Positions 48,957-57,057 of a DNA stretch of 64,000 nt are shown piece by piece (positions within the stretch are counted from its first letter, which is position 1; each line of letters starts with the position of its first letter). Origin of the DNA: a virus; the IMG/VR virus record IMGVR_UViG_3300045988_029816; one strand, written 5' to 3'. The notes under the pieces were generated by a model, which saw nothing but the letters and a program-made list of their open reading frames with translations, did no database searches and had not been told where the DNA came from. Position numbers and translations under genes: made by a program.

Positions 48957-49550
48957 TTATGCTATCTTATCAGCTGGTTTAGAATCTGCCTTCTGACGCT
49001 CGTAGTCTGCAATGATCTTCTCGTTTGCTGCAATGGCAGACAAACACTGAGCCTTAGCCTTATTAGCCTGCTCAATAATTGCATCAAGGCGAGCGATCTC
49101 ACCACGGTTAAGATCGTTAAGAATGCCACCCAAATCCTTAGGATCTGAGAACACAGCCTTAGAGTTCTTGTCCTTAAGAGCGTTCTGAACTGCCTCCTCT
49201 GTGGTCTCACCAAACTTGGTGCTGTTCTCACCGAGAGGGATATCAATCTGGTGCTCGGTGCCCTCATTGAGACGGCAAACGACATCACCGATTGCATTCT
49301 GCTTGGTTGCCATAGACTCAATCGTAATATAACCGATCACAAAACGGCGAGGTGAACGATTGAGCACAAGGTTTACATTGGAGCTCTGCTTAGCCTGCTC
49401 CAAAACCTTGTCATGGTCTGGGTTGAATAAACGGGTCTGAGGAGTAAATACGTCCTGACCAAACATTTTTGCACCGAGCATGCTCAGTGGGGTACGATTT
49501 GACTTAATAGTTGTTTCCACGATGTTTACATTAATTTCTGACATAATCAT
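48957..49550 (-). CDS. Hypothetical protein (197 aa)
   Basis: Intact ORF. It is the first gene after the 2.1 kb ORF-free block. A palindrome and a family-A hairpin lie upstream. Confidence 0.6.
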   Translation of the reverse strand: MIMSEINVNIVETTIKSNRTPLSMLGAKMFGQDVFTPQTRLFNPDHDKVLEQAKQSSNVNLVLNRSPRRFVIGYITIESMATKQNAIGDVVCRLNEGTEHQIDIPLGENSTKFGETTEEAVQNALKDKNSKAVFSDPKDLGGILNDLNRGEIARLDAIIEQANKAKAQCLSAIAANEKIIADYERQKADSKPADKIA

Positions 49551-49560
49551 ATCCTTTTTG

Positions 49561-49587
49561 ATATCGTTATTGATTAACTAACGATAT
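49561..49587. promoter_or_regulatory. Perfect 9-bp inverted repeat (ATATCGTTA-N9-TAACGATAT) 10 nt upstream of the 48957..49550 start codon; operator or leader hairpin
   Basis: Read directly from the sequence. Confidence 0.5.
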
Positions 49588-49644
49588 GATTGAAAAATAT
49601 GGTGTATTTTGGCTACACCTTTGCCGTTGTTTATTGAATAAAGC

Positions 49645-49669
49645 AACGCTGATACGAAGATACTCGGTT
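49645..49669 (-). repeat. Family-A hairpin copy 0 (conserved loop GATACGAAGATACT on +)
   Basis: The core is at 49651-49664. Flanks AACGC/CGGTT pair imperfectly. It lies about 100 nt upstream of the ATG at 49550. Confidence 0.55.
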
Positions 49670-51071
49670 ACTACTTTGCGTACTTAGTTTTCTAAAGGAA
49701 GTTCTACTATTGTAGACGCTTTATCTAGACTTAGCTGCACTTTCTCTATTACGACAATAGGATAATAGGCTTGCAGCAGGAATTGCATACGTATGATACA
49801 ATTAGCATTTACTGGTTTATCCAGGCCCATCGTCTAAAGCTTTGAATGCTTCCTTTGCATAATCAAATGCTGAACTGTTTTCTGCTATTTTGTTCACGTT
49901 TTTTCTAACTTAACTATTCTAATTTTCGTTGGTGAAATTTTGCATAGCAACTAACACTCATAGAATCTTAGAATTTTCTATAACCCACGAAAATATGTAG
50001 AATCTCGGTCGTATTTCCCTTACTATACTTACAAGATCTTCCTACAGGTTGTCGATTAAACGCAGATTTCCTCGGCTAATAAGTTTTAAAAGCGCCTAAC
50101 TTATCGAAATGGCTCCTTACTGCGGTACTCGGCTTATGGCATGTACCCAGCGGTTGGTTATCGGAATGTCTTAGGATCAAACCCATCACAGACTTTACGG
50201 CTTTTTACATCTTTGCTGATGTTTGCAATTTTTCTGTACCGGTATTACTACCTCCTATTTATAGTGCACGAATATTGGGAATTCAACCCATACATTTCAT
50301 CTTGTCACCCACTTATAACGTAATATACATGTATAGAGACAGTATACACATATAATATACACAGTCGTTTTACAACATAGATATAAGCTGCCCATCAATT
50401 TCCTGTATTGCTTCGAACCTTTATGTTTACATATACTGTTGCGCAGTATACTTTAGCATGGTTGGCATATCGGTTGGCACTCGATTTCTTCACCTCAAGC
50501 TCTTACTTACAACGTAAGATTCACTCTATGAAGGGACATCAATTTTTGTTAAACATGTTATCTTTTAAACTTTCTAGGTTTTCATAATTTATATCTTTTG
50601 CATACAACATACGCATACATAATATACCAGCTTACTACTCTGTAGAGACTATGTAATATTGTATATCATGGTGCAAATAAACTATTAGTCTAGATCGTTT
50701 TGGATGAAAGTGGAGGTCAAATGGTCCTGGATGGACATATCTCGAATCAACTTTCTACCTGCTTTGCTATTTCTTATTCTAGGATAGCTCTCCATCAATT
50801 TTCTTTGACTGTAACGGAGTCATCGATCATAGTCTCATGAACGATTTAATTTTCATGGAAATTGGCTGTAAGTTCGGATTGCCTAACATCCTAATAATAC
50901 AACTGGAATAGATTTTCACCGCGATCTTCACCCGCGTACGATACTCCCGTAGAGCTTCGATTAAGGGGCTGCCCAACCCTTGCGCTTGTTTTACTTTTAT
51001 ATACCGCATAAACAAGAAAAGCCTGGCGGTCGCAATCAGACACTTCTACCCCATCCCTGGCACCCCTTCAA

Positions 51072-51096
51072 CGGAGTTGTACTGAATCGAACAGTA
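51072..51096 (-). pseudogene. Orphan T-arm/acceptor-like module inside the ORF-free block
   Basis: In + it reads GGAGTTG-TACTG-AATCGAA-CAGTA. In - sense this is TACTG-TTCGATT-CAGTA-CAACTCC. The upstream sequence gives only a 5/7 acceptor match and no D arm. Confidence 0.35.
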
Positions 51097-51706
51097 AGGT
51101 TTTGGTATAGTCAGCAAACTCATTTAGTTTACTCTGTGTGGTATTACTCCCACAGTATTGATGCAGTTTTTCGGCCTTTATACTAGCTTTGGACACTAGA
51201 AACACTACCTACGGCTTAATAATACTTCTATATTGTTTGGGATATCCTCGGTTCTTCCAGCACCATGCACCATACCATGTATGCAATTCTGTTCACCTAC
51301 TGGGGACCAATATAGTTCATCTCGTGTAACGTTTGTATATGCTTAGTATTATCACATATAATTACGATACGGTTCATTATGCCCTTCTTGGGACTTATGC
51401 GTTTTTAGATTATACAGCCTCATCCAGCTTGTCTCCAGACGGTTCTCACAAGTCCAGCTGTATAATCTATAGGAGCTGATACAACGCTTCTCCTACCTAT
51501 ATCAAACTGTTTCAATGTTTGATACATTTCATCCTACCTTTTGAGTGATCTCGCCCTGCAAGACAGAGTTAACATATTCTCGGATCAAGTTTAATTTATT
51601 GAGTTTTTCTTCTAGCTCCTTCGCGAGGGATGTTCCAGAATAGTACGTAGACTAATGGGATCTACCATATGTACTTACCCAATTATAGTGTATAGGGTTC
51701 TTATGT

Positions 51707-52108
51707 TTACTTATGCACATTGGAGGCGATTTGAATATAATCATTGAGCTCTCCCTTACGAATGGTAGAGTTGTGATTAGTGGAGTCGACCTTTTCTCCA
51801 GGTTCCATAATATACAGAAGTGGTACATACGACGTATCTGTCTTCTTAATTACGGTGCGTTTAACAATTACCTTTGCAGGTAACTGTTTATGGTTACAAG
51901 GTACAGGCTTTTCTACCCTAACGGTATCATGCACTGTATCAGGATTAGCACGATTCACTTGACCAAACAAATGGTCCATTGGTTGCTGTACAGTAGATGC
52001 TGCTACTGTCTGCACTGTCGTTGGAAGGGGAACATTCTTAAGATCGGCAATATTCATGCCAATAGTAAGGAATGCTGCTCCTAACAACGTGATTACTAAT
52101 TTTTTCAT
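51707..52108 (-). CDS. Secreted/exported small protein (signal peptide)
   Basis: The N-terminus is MKKLVITLLGAAFLTIGMNIA. The 133-aa ORF is intact. Confidence 0.6.
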   Translation of the reverse strand: MKKLVITLLGAAFLTIGMNIADLKNVPLPTTVQTVAASTVQQPMDHLFGQVNRANPDTVHDTVRVEKPVPCNHKQLPAKVIVKRTVIKKTDTSYVPLLYIMEPGEKVDSTNHNSTIRKGELNDYIQIASNVHK

Positions 52109-52209
52109 ACTTTGATAGTTAAATTATTTTCGTTCACTTTGCCATTGGATGTCAAAGGCTCTTTTAATACGACCAACTAGTTGTGAACCAGTTCTCTTAA
52201 TTGGCCGTA

Positions 52210-53721
52210 TTATTTTTTTACTTGAGCCTTGGCCTTACCTTTGGCTTCCTTTTTCTTATTCTCAGTTGCCTTCTTATCAGCTGCTTCCTTAGCAGCCTTG
52301 GCAACAGCCTCTTCCTCAGCCTTGATTTCCTCATCGGTCTTGAACTCCAAGTCGATGATATTCTCCTTGGCATAACCTACGAGCGGATCAGAAGGATTAC
52401 GGAACAGGTTAGAGATGATACCAGCATGCTGCGTAGCGTTATCAAGCATTGAGTCAGACTTAACCTTAGCCATCATCTCTGGAGTAACGTCGCGATAATA
52501 TGCACGCTTAATGGCGATAACAGTCTTCTTTGCAAAGTTGTTACCCTCCAAGAAGTTCTTCTTCAAGTTCTCAACGAACTCGCCTGGAGCCGCAAGAACC
52601 GCTGCAGTAGCCTTATCGGCGAATGCGATGTTCTTGTTAGCGGCATCAATGTGCTCCTTGACACGATCCTTTTCTGGCAGCTTGTTCTCTGCCTCGAGCA
52701 AGATTTTACCCTTTGAGCGAATATCGTCTGCACCAATGATTACGAGGCACTTTACAGCGTCTGCAATCTGATCATCGGTATACTTGCATACGCCGGTGTT
52801 CTTGTCAGTAGAATGGTCGCGAAGCTCACAGAACGCAGATACAGGAGATCCTGACGTAGCGGTAACATTGAAGAAGTGAGCACCAATTCCATAAGTAAGC
52901 GTTCCGACACGACCCGTAAGCTCAACAATCTTGCGAAACGTATCATGGAAGTTCATGTTTTTGAGGCGCTCAAGGTCATTCTTTGCAGAAGCAAGAGCCT
53001 TTTCAGCGTTCTCTTTGTACTTCTTGTCTTTTGTGTTCTTGAGCGTCTTCTCAGCAGAATCGATAGCATGCTTAGCTTCAATAGAGCGATATGACTTATA
53101 GAAGTTCACACACTGCATGATGCTATCCATCAGCTTAGAATCACGGTTCATAGCTAAGAAGCCAGACAAAGCTTCCTTGAGCTCTTCTTCGTCTTTGATC
53201 TTTGTAGGATCAAAAACCTTACCTGCTGTTGCAGCACGAGCCTTAGCATCCTTGTCAAGACTCTTTGCTGTCTCTTCTGATACTGTTACAGCTGAAGCTG
53301 TAACTTCAATTGCTTCGGCATCGTCTTTTGAAGGCAAGAGCTTTGTGTCATCAAAGCTTACACCAATCTCCTTCAAAGCTTCAGTAAGCTCTGGGAGCGC
53401 AGACTTACGGATTACAACAGCGAAATCGCTGGTACCATACTTGACCTCATTACATACACATACTGCGATGCCGAGGGCATTAATATGGTTGAGTTTGTCG
53501 ATAGTTCCCTGCGGGAAGCCAGTGTGCTCAGCAGCTTTCTCATCCAAGAAGAAACGATCGTGAGCCATCTTCAACAAATCTACCTGGTGATTACGATCCA
53601 TGCTTGACCCACCTGTTGTTGTGAGCATAGCTGCAGCCTCAACAGCTGCATCTGCATTGTTACCACCATTGTTGTTATTCTGAGCAACTTTTACATTGCC
53701 CTTTCCATTCTTTTTTGCCAT
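52210..53721 (-). CDS. Hypothetical 503-aa protein with N-terminal Asn/Gly-rich and C-terminal Lys/Ala/Glu-rich tails
   Basis: Intact ORF. It shares a nearly identical ~45-nt upstream leader with gene 56527..57021. It begins MAKKNGKG and ends ...KKKEAKGKAKAQVKK. Confidence 0.65.
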   Translation of the reverse strand: MAKKNGKGNVKVAQNNNNGGNNADAAVEAAAMLTTTGGSSMDRNHQVDLLKMAHDRFFLDEKAAEHTGFPQGTIDKLNHINALGIAVCVCNEVKYGTSDFAVVIRKSALPELTEALKEIGVSFDDTKLLPSKDDAEAIEVTASAVTVSEETAKSLDKDAKARAATAGKVFDPTKIKDEEELKEALSGFLAMNRDSKLMDSIMQCVNFYKSYRSIEAKHAIDSAEKTLKNTKDKKYKENAEKALASAKNDLERLKNMNFHDTFRKIVELTGRVGTLTYGIGAHFFNVTATSGSPVSAFCELRDHSTDKNTGVCKYTDDQIADAVKCLVIIGADDIRSKGKILLEAENKLPEKDRVKEHIDAANKNIAFADKATAAVLAAPGEFVENLKKNFLEGNNFAKKTVIAIKRAYYRDVTPEMMAKVKSDSMLDNATQHAGIISNLFRNPSDPLVGYAKENIIDLEFKTDEEIKAEEEAVAKAAKEAADKKATENKKKEAKGKAKAQVKK

Positions 53722-53787
53722 TTTGATAATGTTTTTAAATGTTATTTACTAAAATTAATTAATACTTTCTGGGCAACTAGCTTAAAT

Positions 53788-54183
53788 TCAACTTGTGTCG
53801 AATATAAAGTTCGTTTTTAACCAATCTCGTGGAGGTTTAGTGAGCACGTTAATATGCTCGTCTTCACCCAAGTTAAGCACAGTAACAGTATCTACTACAA
53901 TTGTATCCTTACCTGCTGGTTTTGTCTCAGCACATGTACCGGCGCCCTCTGAGGGTTCCAAAGCCTGAAATGAGCACGTCGGTGCCAGCATGGGATTTGT
54001 AGAAGATTTAACTGTACTGGCTTCACTTTTATGGTCAACAAAGGCATAGTTGACCATACTCTTACCGGTAAAACCGAGCAAGAGACTTACGAGAATGATC
54101 CAGAACAACTTGTTGCTCTTATTGTATCTTGCGAAACCAAGAGCTACAAAAATCGAGAGAATCAATAATAAAAGTGAAGTCAT
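53788..54183 (-). CDS. Two-TM membrane protein immediately downstream of the ECF sigma gene (anti-sigma candidate, weak)
   Basis: TM segments are LLLLILSIFVALGFA and LFWIILVSLLLGFTG. There is a 5-nt gap to the sigma gene stop. Confidence 0.5.
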   Translation of the reverse strand: MTSLLLLILSIFVALGFARYNKSNKLFWIILVSLLLGFTGKSMVNYAFVDHKSEASTVKSSTNPMLAPTCSFQALEPSEGAGTCAETKPAGKDTIVVDTVTVLNLGEDEHINVLTKPPRDWLKTNFIFDTS

Positions 54184-54188
54184 TTTTG

Positions 54189-54746
54189 TTAAACTTTTAA
54201 GTTATTTTTAATTTTCCTACGAGTGCGGCTTAGTGCAGCTTTTATAGTGCCTGTAGGAATTTTCAGCACTTTGCTAATTTCATCAACGGTAAGATCTTCT
54301 ACGTAAAATAGATTAAAAATCTTCTGTGTCTTCTTTGGGAGCTTTTCAAACTCCTTTAGAAGAGATTCATACTCAAGAAGATTGACAAGATCTTCTTCTT
54401 CTGAAGAATTAGTTAATTCTACAGGTAGTCGGCCTGTATCTTCTCCTAACTCCATGGATTTCTCCTTTACTTTTCGTAGATAATCTATAGCTGTTCGATT
54501 AGCTATAATTCTCAGCCATCCGCCAAAAGACGAATAATCTGTGAATGTCGAGAGTTTTTGGTGAACCTTAAGAAATACAACATTTGTAAGATCTTTAGCT
54601 TCATCCATGTCATTCACGTAACAAAAGAGCACGTTGTCAACGAACTCTTTGTAACGGTTAAACAATTTATTAAACGCTAGCTCATTTCCCTTTTGAGCTT
54701 CTTTTATGGTCTCAATCTCAGATTGAGTGATACGCTGATACTCCAT
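54189..54746 (-). CDS. ECF-type sigma-70 family RNA polymerase sigma factor
   Basis: Region 2 is 'AFNKLFNRYKEFVDNVLFCYVNDMDEAKDLTNVVFLKVHQKLSTF...FGGWLRIIANRTAIDYLRK'. Region 4 is 'LPKKTQKIFNLFYVEDLTVDEISKVLKIPTGTIKAALSRTRRKIKNNL'. Confidence 0.85.
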   Translation of the reverse strand: MEYQRITQSEIETIKEAQKGNELAFNKLFNRYKEFVDNVLFCYVNDMDEAKDLTNVVFLKVHQKLSTFTDYSSFGGWLRIIANRTAIDYLRKVKEKSMELGEDTGRLPVELTNSSEEEDLVNLLEYESLLKEFEKLPKKTQKIFNLFYVEDLTVDEISKVLKIPTGTIKAALSRTRRKIKNNLKV

Positions 54747-54775
54747 ATTGTGGGATAGGGGAGATCTCTCTCACC

Positions 54776-55192
54776 CTACTCCTGATAAAACGGAAGATCG
54801 TACACCATCTTCTGACGGTATATCGACCAAACGTTGTTGACGAAATTGTTGAAAAGGATTATTTTCAAATCCTTTCCTCCCGTTTTCATTTCTACTTTTT
54901 CAAGTAGTCCTGAACCGATACGCATACGAGTTGTAAGTGTTTTGAACTTTATAGGGTTGCTTAGGATTATCGTTTTCATAATCCAATCACTAACTCTACG
55001 TAACTGCTCATTACAACAGTATTCGTATATACAATCTTCGTCTAGGCTGTCTCCTGCACAGAATATGTGCGGTTCATAAGTAAAGCCCTTTTTAAGGCGG
55101 TTATGAAACCAGTTAATCACATTTTCTATACCTTCTTCTTTGCAGCCTAACAGACTAGCTCTGTAAATTAGCATTTTAGGGAAATACTCCAT
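54776..55192 (-). CDS. Hypothetical protein (138 aa), terminated by TAG
   Basis: Intact ORF. Its stop codon is TAG (+ strand CTA at 54776-54778). Confidence 0.6.
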   Translation of the reverse strand: MEYFPKMLIYRASLLGCKEEGIENVINWFHNRLKKGFTYEPHIFCAGDSLDEDCIYEYCCNEQLRRVSDWIMKTIILSNPIKFKTLTTRMRIGSGLLEKVEMKTGGKDLKIILFNNFVNNVWSIYRQKMVYDLPFYQE

Positions 55193-55204
55193 TTTTTATT
55201 TTGT

Positions 55205-55726
55205 TTAATTAAATGTTTTCTTAATAAACTTAGAGAAATCTTCAAAATACTCATCTAGAAAACTAGCTTTTTCTGACAATGCTTTATCAAATAAAGCCAT
55301 ATTGCCACACTTACATGATATGTTATAATAGTTTTCTAGGTACTTATAGTTCTCTTGAAACCATACTACCCAGCTATTAACCCAGATCCAAAATGCTCGT
55401 TCTCCAGAGTTGAATACTTTGTTGATGCCATCCAAATTTATAGAGTCTGCAAAATTAAAATTTTGCGACCCCTCATGTATTCCAAGAGCTTTTCTTAATG
55501 ATGCATTCTTTTCATCTGTTCGAGGTATTCCTCTTCCAGTGTTATAGATTGCTACATTTTCTTGGTATACACGGTCTATCCATCGCGTCTTTACAGCATA
55601 CTTAATTCTTTCATGTGGCTTCTTACCTATATTAGATAATCTGCCAAATTCTGTACACCATTTAAATGCGAGGTTGACGACATGAGGACACCTGTCCTTT
55701 ATCATCGCTTTATATCCCTTTGTCAT
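55205..55726 (-). CDS. Hypothetical protein (about 173 aa)
   Basis: The track ORF extends to 55789, but its first 21 codons overlap a tRNA-like element. The ATG at 55726 (MTKGYKAMIKD...) is the likelier start. Confidence 0.55.
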   Translation of the reverse strand: MTKGYKAMIKDRCPHVVNLAFKWCTEFGRLSNIGKKPHERIKYAVKTRWIDRVYQENVAIYNTGRGIPRTDEKNASLRKALGIHEGSQNFNFADSINLDGINKVFNSGERAFWIWVNSWVVWFQENYKYLENYYNISCKCGNMALFDKALSEKASFLDEYFEDFSKFIKKTFN

Positions 55727-55735
55727 AACTAATAG

Positions 55736-55795
55736 GAAGAAGCTAGGGAGTCGAACCCTAATCCTCGGGTGTGTAGCCCAAAGAACCAACTTCTT
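55736..55795 (-). tRNA. Truncated (D-arm-less, ~60 nt) tRNA-like element; anticodon-loop CTACACA; function unclear
   Basis: In - sense it reads AAGAAGT-TGGTTCT-TTGGG-CTACACA-CCCGA-GGAT-TAGGG-TTCGACT-CCCTA-GCTTCTT-C. It has a 7-bp acceptor (one G-U), a 5-bp anticodon stem and a canonical T arm. Only 7 nt stand in place of the D arm. Confidence 0.4.
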
Positions 55796-56009
55796 CTTCT
55801 CTCCACTTTGGTAGGAAACACCTAGACTAAACTTACGCTACGTTAGTATAGTCTACAATGTTATTTACATTGCCGTTTAATTTATAGTATAGTGCTTAAT
55901 GTATTTATCTCCTCTGCCTGTCAAAACCAAACACGCCCGTGTAGGAAGTTTTACAACATTCCTAGGTTGTCCAAATGGAATCTACACAATAGCGTAGAGG
56001 ATGCTCCGT

Positions 56010-56034
56010 GGACGTGAGGGGAGTCGAACCCCTG
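56010..56034 (-). pseudogene. Orphan T-arm plus 3' acceptor module
   Basis: In - sense it reads AGGGG-TTCGACT-CCCCT-CACGTCC-A. No 5' acceptor lies upstream. The only complement (GGGCGTG) lies about 70 nt downstream. Confidence 0.4.
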
Positions 56035-56220
56035 TCCAGACAGATTATTTCATACACACTGTACATTTCTTGTAAATGTTCCGATGATCAGTCAGAACAT
56101 TCGATTTAAGCCGTTTTAGGTGCGCTCTAAGACATTTTTGCGGCACTCGTGGTTAATTACTCCACTTGGTGACATACTCTGCCTCAGAGCGCTTAAAACA
56201 TGGCTAAAAATATATAGGAA

Positions 56221-56248
56221 TCCTCATGATACGAAGATACTTAGAGGG
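56221..56248 (-). repeat. Family-A hairpin copy 1
   Basis: + strand: CCTC-atGATACGAAGATACTta-GAGG. Confidence 0.6.
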
Positions 56249-56389
56249 CTATATTCAGCATTTTTGATACATTTTGCAGGGTTCAATTAGCTTTTCAGAG
56301 CAATCAAATCTCCCCGATACAAAGATACGCACAAAACATATTGTTTGATCTACTGTCCCAATTTACTGTGTGGGGTCACATCTCTTCCT

Positions 56390-56418
56390 CTCATCGTGAT
56401 ACGAAGATACTTGATGAG
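56390..56418 (-). repeat. Family-A hairpin copy 2
   Basis: + strand: CTCATC-GTGATACGAAGATACTT-GATGAG (6-bp stem, 17-nt loop). Confidence 0.7.
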
Positions 56419-56490
56419 AATGTTAATTCATTCTGGGATTCCTTCGCTGCCTCGTCTTCTTAAGATCCTCTACAGTGCTTCAGAATCTAT

Positions 56491-56515
56491 GTACGTGATA
56501 CGAAGATACTTGTAC
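56491..56515 (-). repeat. Family-A hairpin copy 3
   Basis: + strand: GTAC-GTGATACGAAGATACTT-GTAC. A degenerate loop copy GATACAAAGATAC lies at 56316-56328. Confidence 0.65.
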
Positions 56516-56526
56516 TAGAAGAAGAA

Positions 56527-57021
56527 TTAAAAACGATCGAACTGATAGTTGGCATAATACCAATTGTTAGGGTACTTGTCGCGCAACTCACGGTCGTGCT
56601 TTTCGTACTCTTTGTTCAGTTCAGTCATTTGCTTACGCTGATCCTCATCGATCTTCTGCGAAAGTTCGCGGAATTCGTTTGGCGTAATCTTCTGGTCGTC
56701 AGGAACGGCGGTACCATTCTCGTCCTTGCCCAGAAGACGGGCCAACAATTCTGTACGCTTCTTCAGAGTGTCGAGAGTGATCTTTGCCTTCGCACGGTCC
56801 TTGCGGACATTGAGAAGTTCCTTAATTCTAAGGAAGTCAGCACACTTGACAATTTCTTTGACCTGGGAGATCTTGCGCTTCTCCTCGTCCTGGCGGATTT
56901 CTTCTGCCGCCTTGTCTGCGATGTCGGTCACAAGGTTGCCCTTCATTAACTTCTCTACTACGTTGTCTGCTGACACATTCTGCTGCTCTTTAGCAGCACC
57001 TTTTGTTTCTGCTTTTGCCAT
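56527..57021 (-). CDS. Hypothetical Lys/Glu-rich protein (164 aa)
   Basis: Intact ORF. It shares its leader with 52210..53721 and starts MAKAETKG. Confidence 0.65.
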   Translation of the reverse strand: MAKAETKGAAKEQQNVSADNVVEKLMKGNLVTDIADKAAEEIRQDEEKRKISQVKEIVKCADFLRIKELLNVRKDRAKAKITLDTLKKRTELLARLLGKDENGTAVPDDQKITPNEFRELSQKIDEDQRKQMTELNKEYEKHDRELRDKYPNNWYYANYQFDRF

Positions 57022-57057
57022 TTTGATAATGTTTTAAATGTTTGTAAATAAAATTAA

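Larger units (their letters stand above)
49551..51706 (-). other. 2.16 kb ORF-free block (putative large structured non-coding RNA(s) or decayed sequence)
   Basis: No convincing ORF exists on either strand. The track shows only three 60-68 aa ORFs, which have atypical GC-rich codons and no leader motif. The block is locally GC-richer than the flanking genes. It contains a canonical T-arm-like hairpin at 51080-51096 and a family-A hairpin at 49645-49669. Confidence 0.55.

Noticed and set aside
50827-51186. Track ORFs 50827..51015 (-), 50980..51186 (+) and 50141..50323 (+) as genes
   Set aside because: They are short and need non-ATG or unsupported starts. Their GC-rich codon usage (CGG, GCG, ACG) is unlike the phage genes. 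They have no leader motif and overlap each other.
49551-51706. A group II intron, retron or IS element as the explanation for the 2.1 kb gap
   Set aside because: There is no reverse transcriptase, transposase or TnpB-like ORF. I saw no terminal inverted repeats and no recognisable domain V-like hairpin.
39980-56034. Circularly permuted tRNA genes (5' acceptor strand found downstream of the 3' half)
   Set aside because: Candidate partners (AGCTCTG 44 nt after the 40026 module; GGGCGTG 70 nt after the 56010 module) are single 7-mers, one of them with a mismatch. No D-arm-like sequence follows them. This is compatible with chance.
39613-56050. The tRNA 3' fragments as attP sites of an integrative phage
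   Set aside because: No integrase or recombinase is present in the window. There are several such fragments rather than one, and the gene content is that of a lytic crAss-like phage. This cannot be fully excluded without the whole genome.
56221-56515. A CRISPR array formed by the GATACGAAGATACT repeats
   Set aside because: The conserved unit is only ~17 nt and spacing is irregular (about 75-170 nt). Each unit sits inside its own inverted repeat, and no cas genes are nearby.
40528-57037. + strand ORFs inside the early block, for example 40528..41004, 44862..45293, 53117..53563 and 56596..57037
   Set aside because: All are antisense to longer - strand genes with recognisable domains or operon coupling. 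Their Ser/Leu-rich composition is typical of shadow ORFs.
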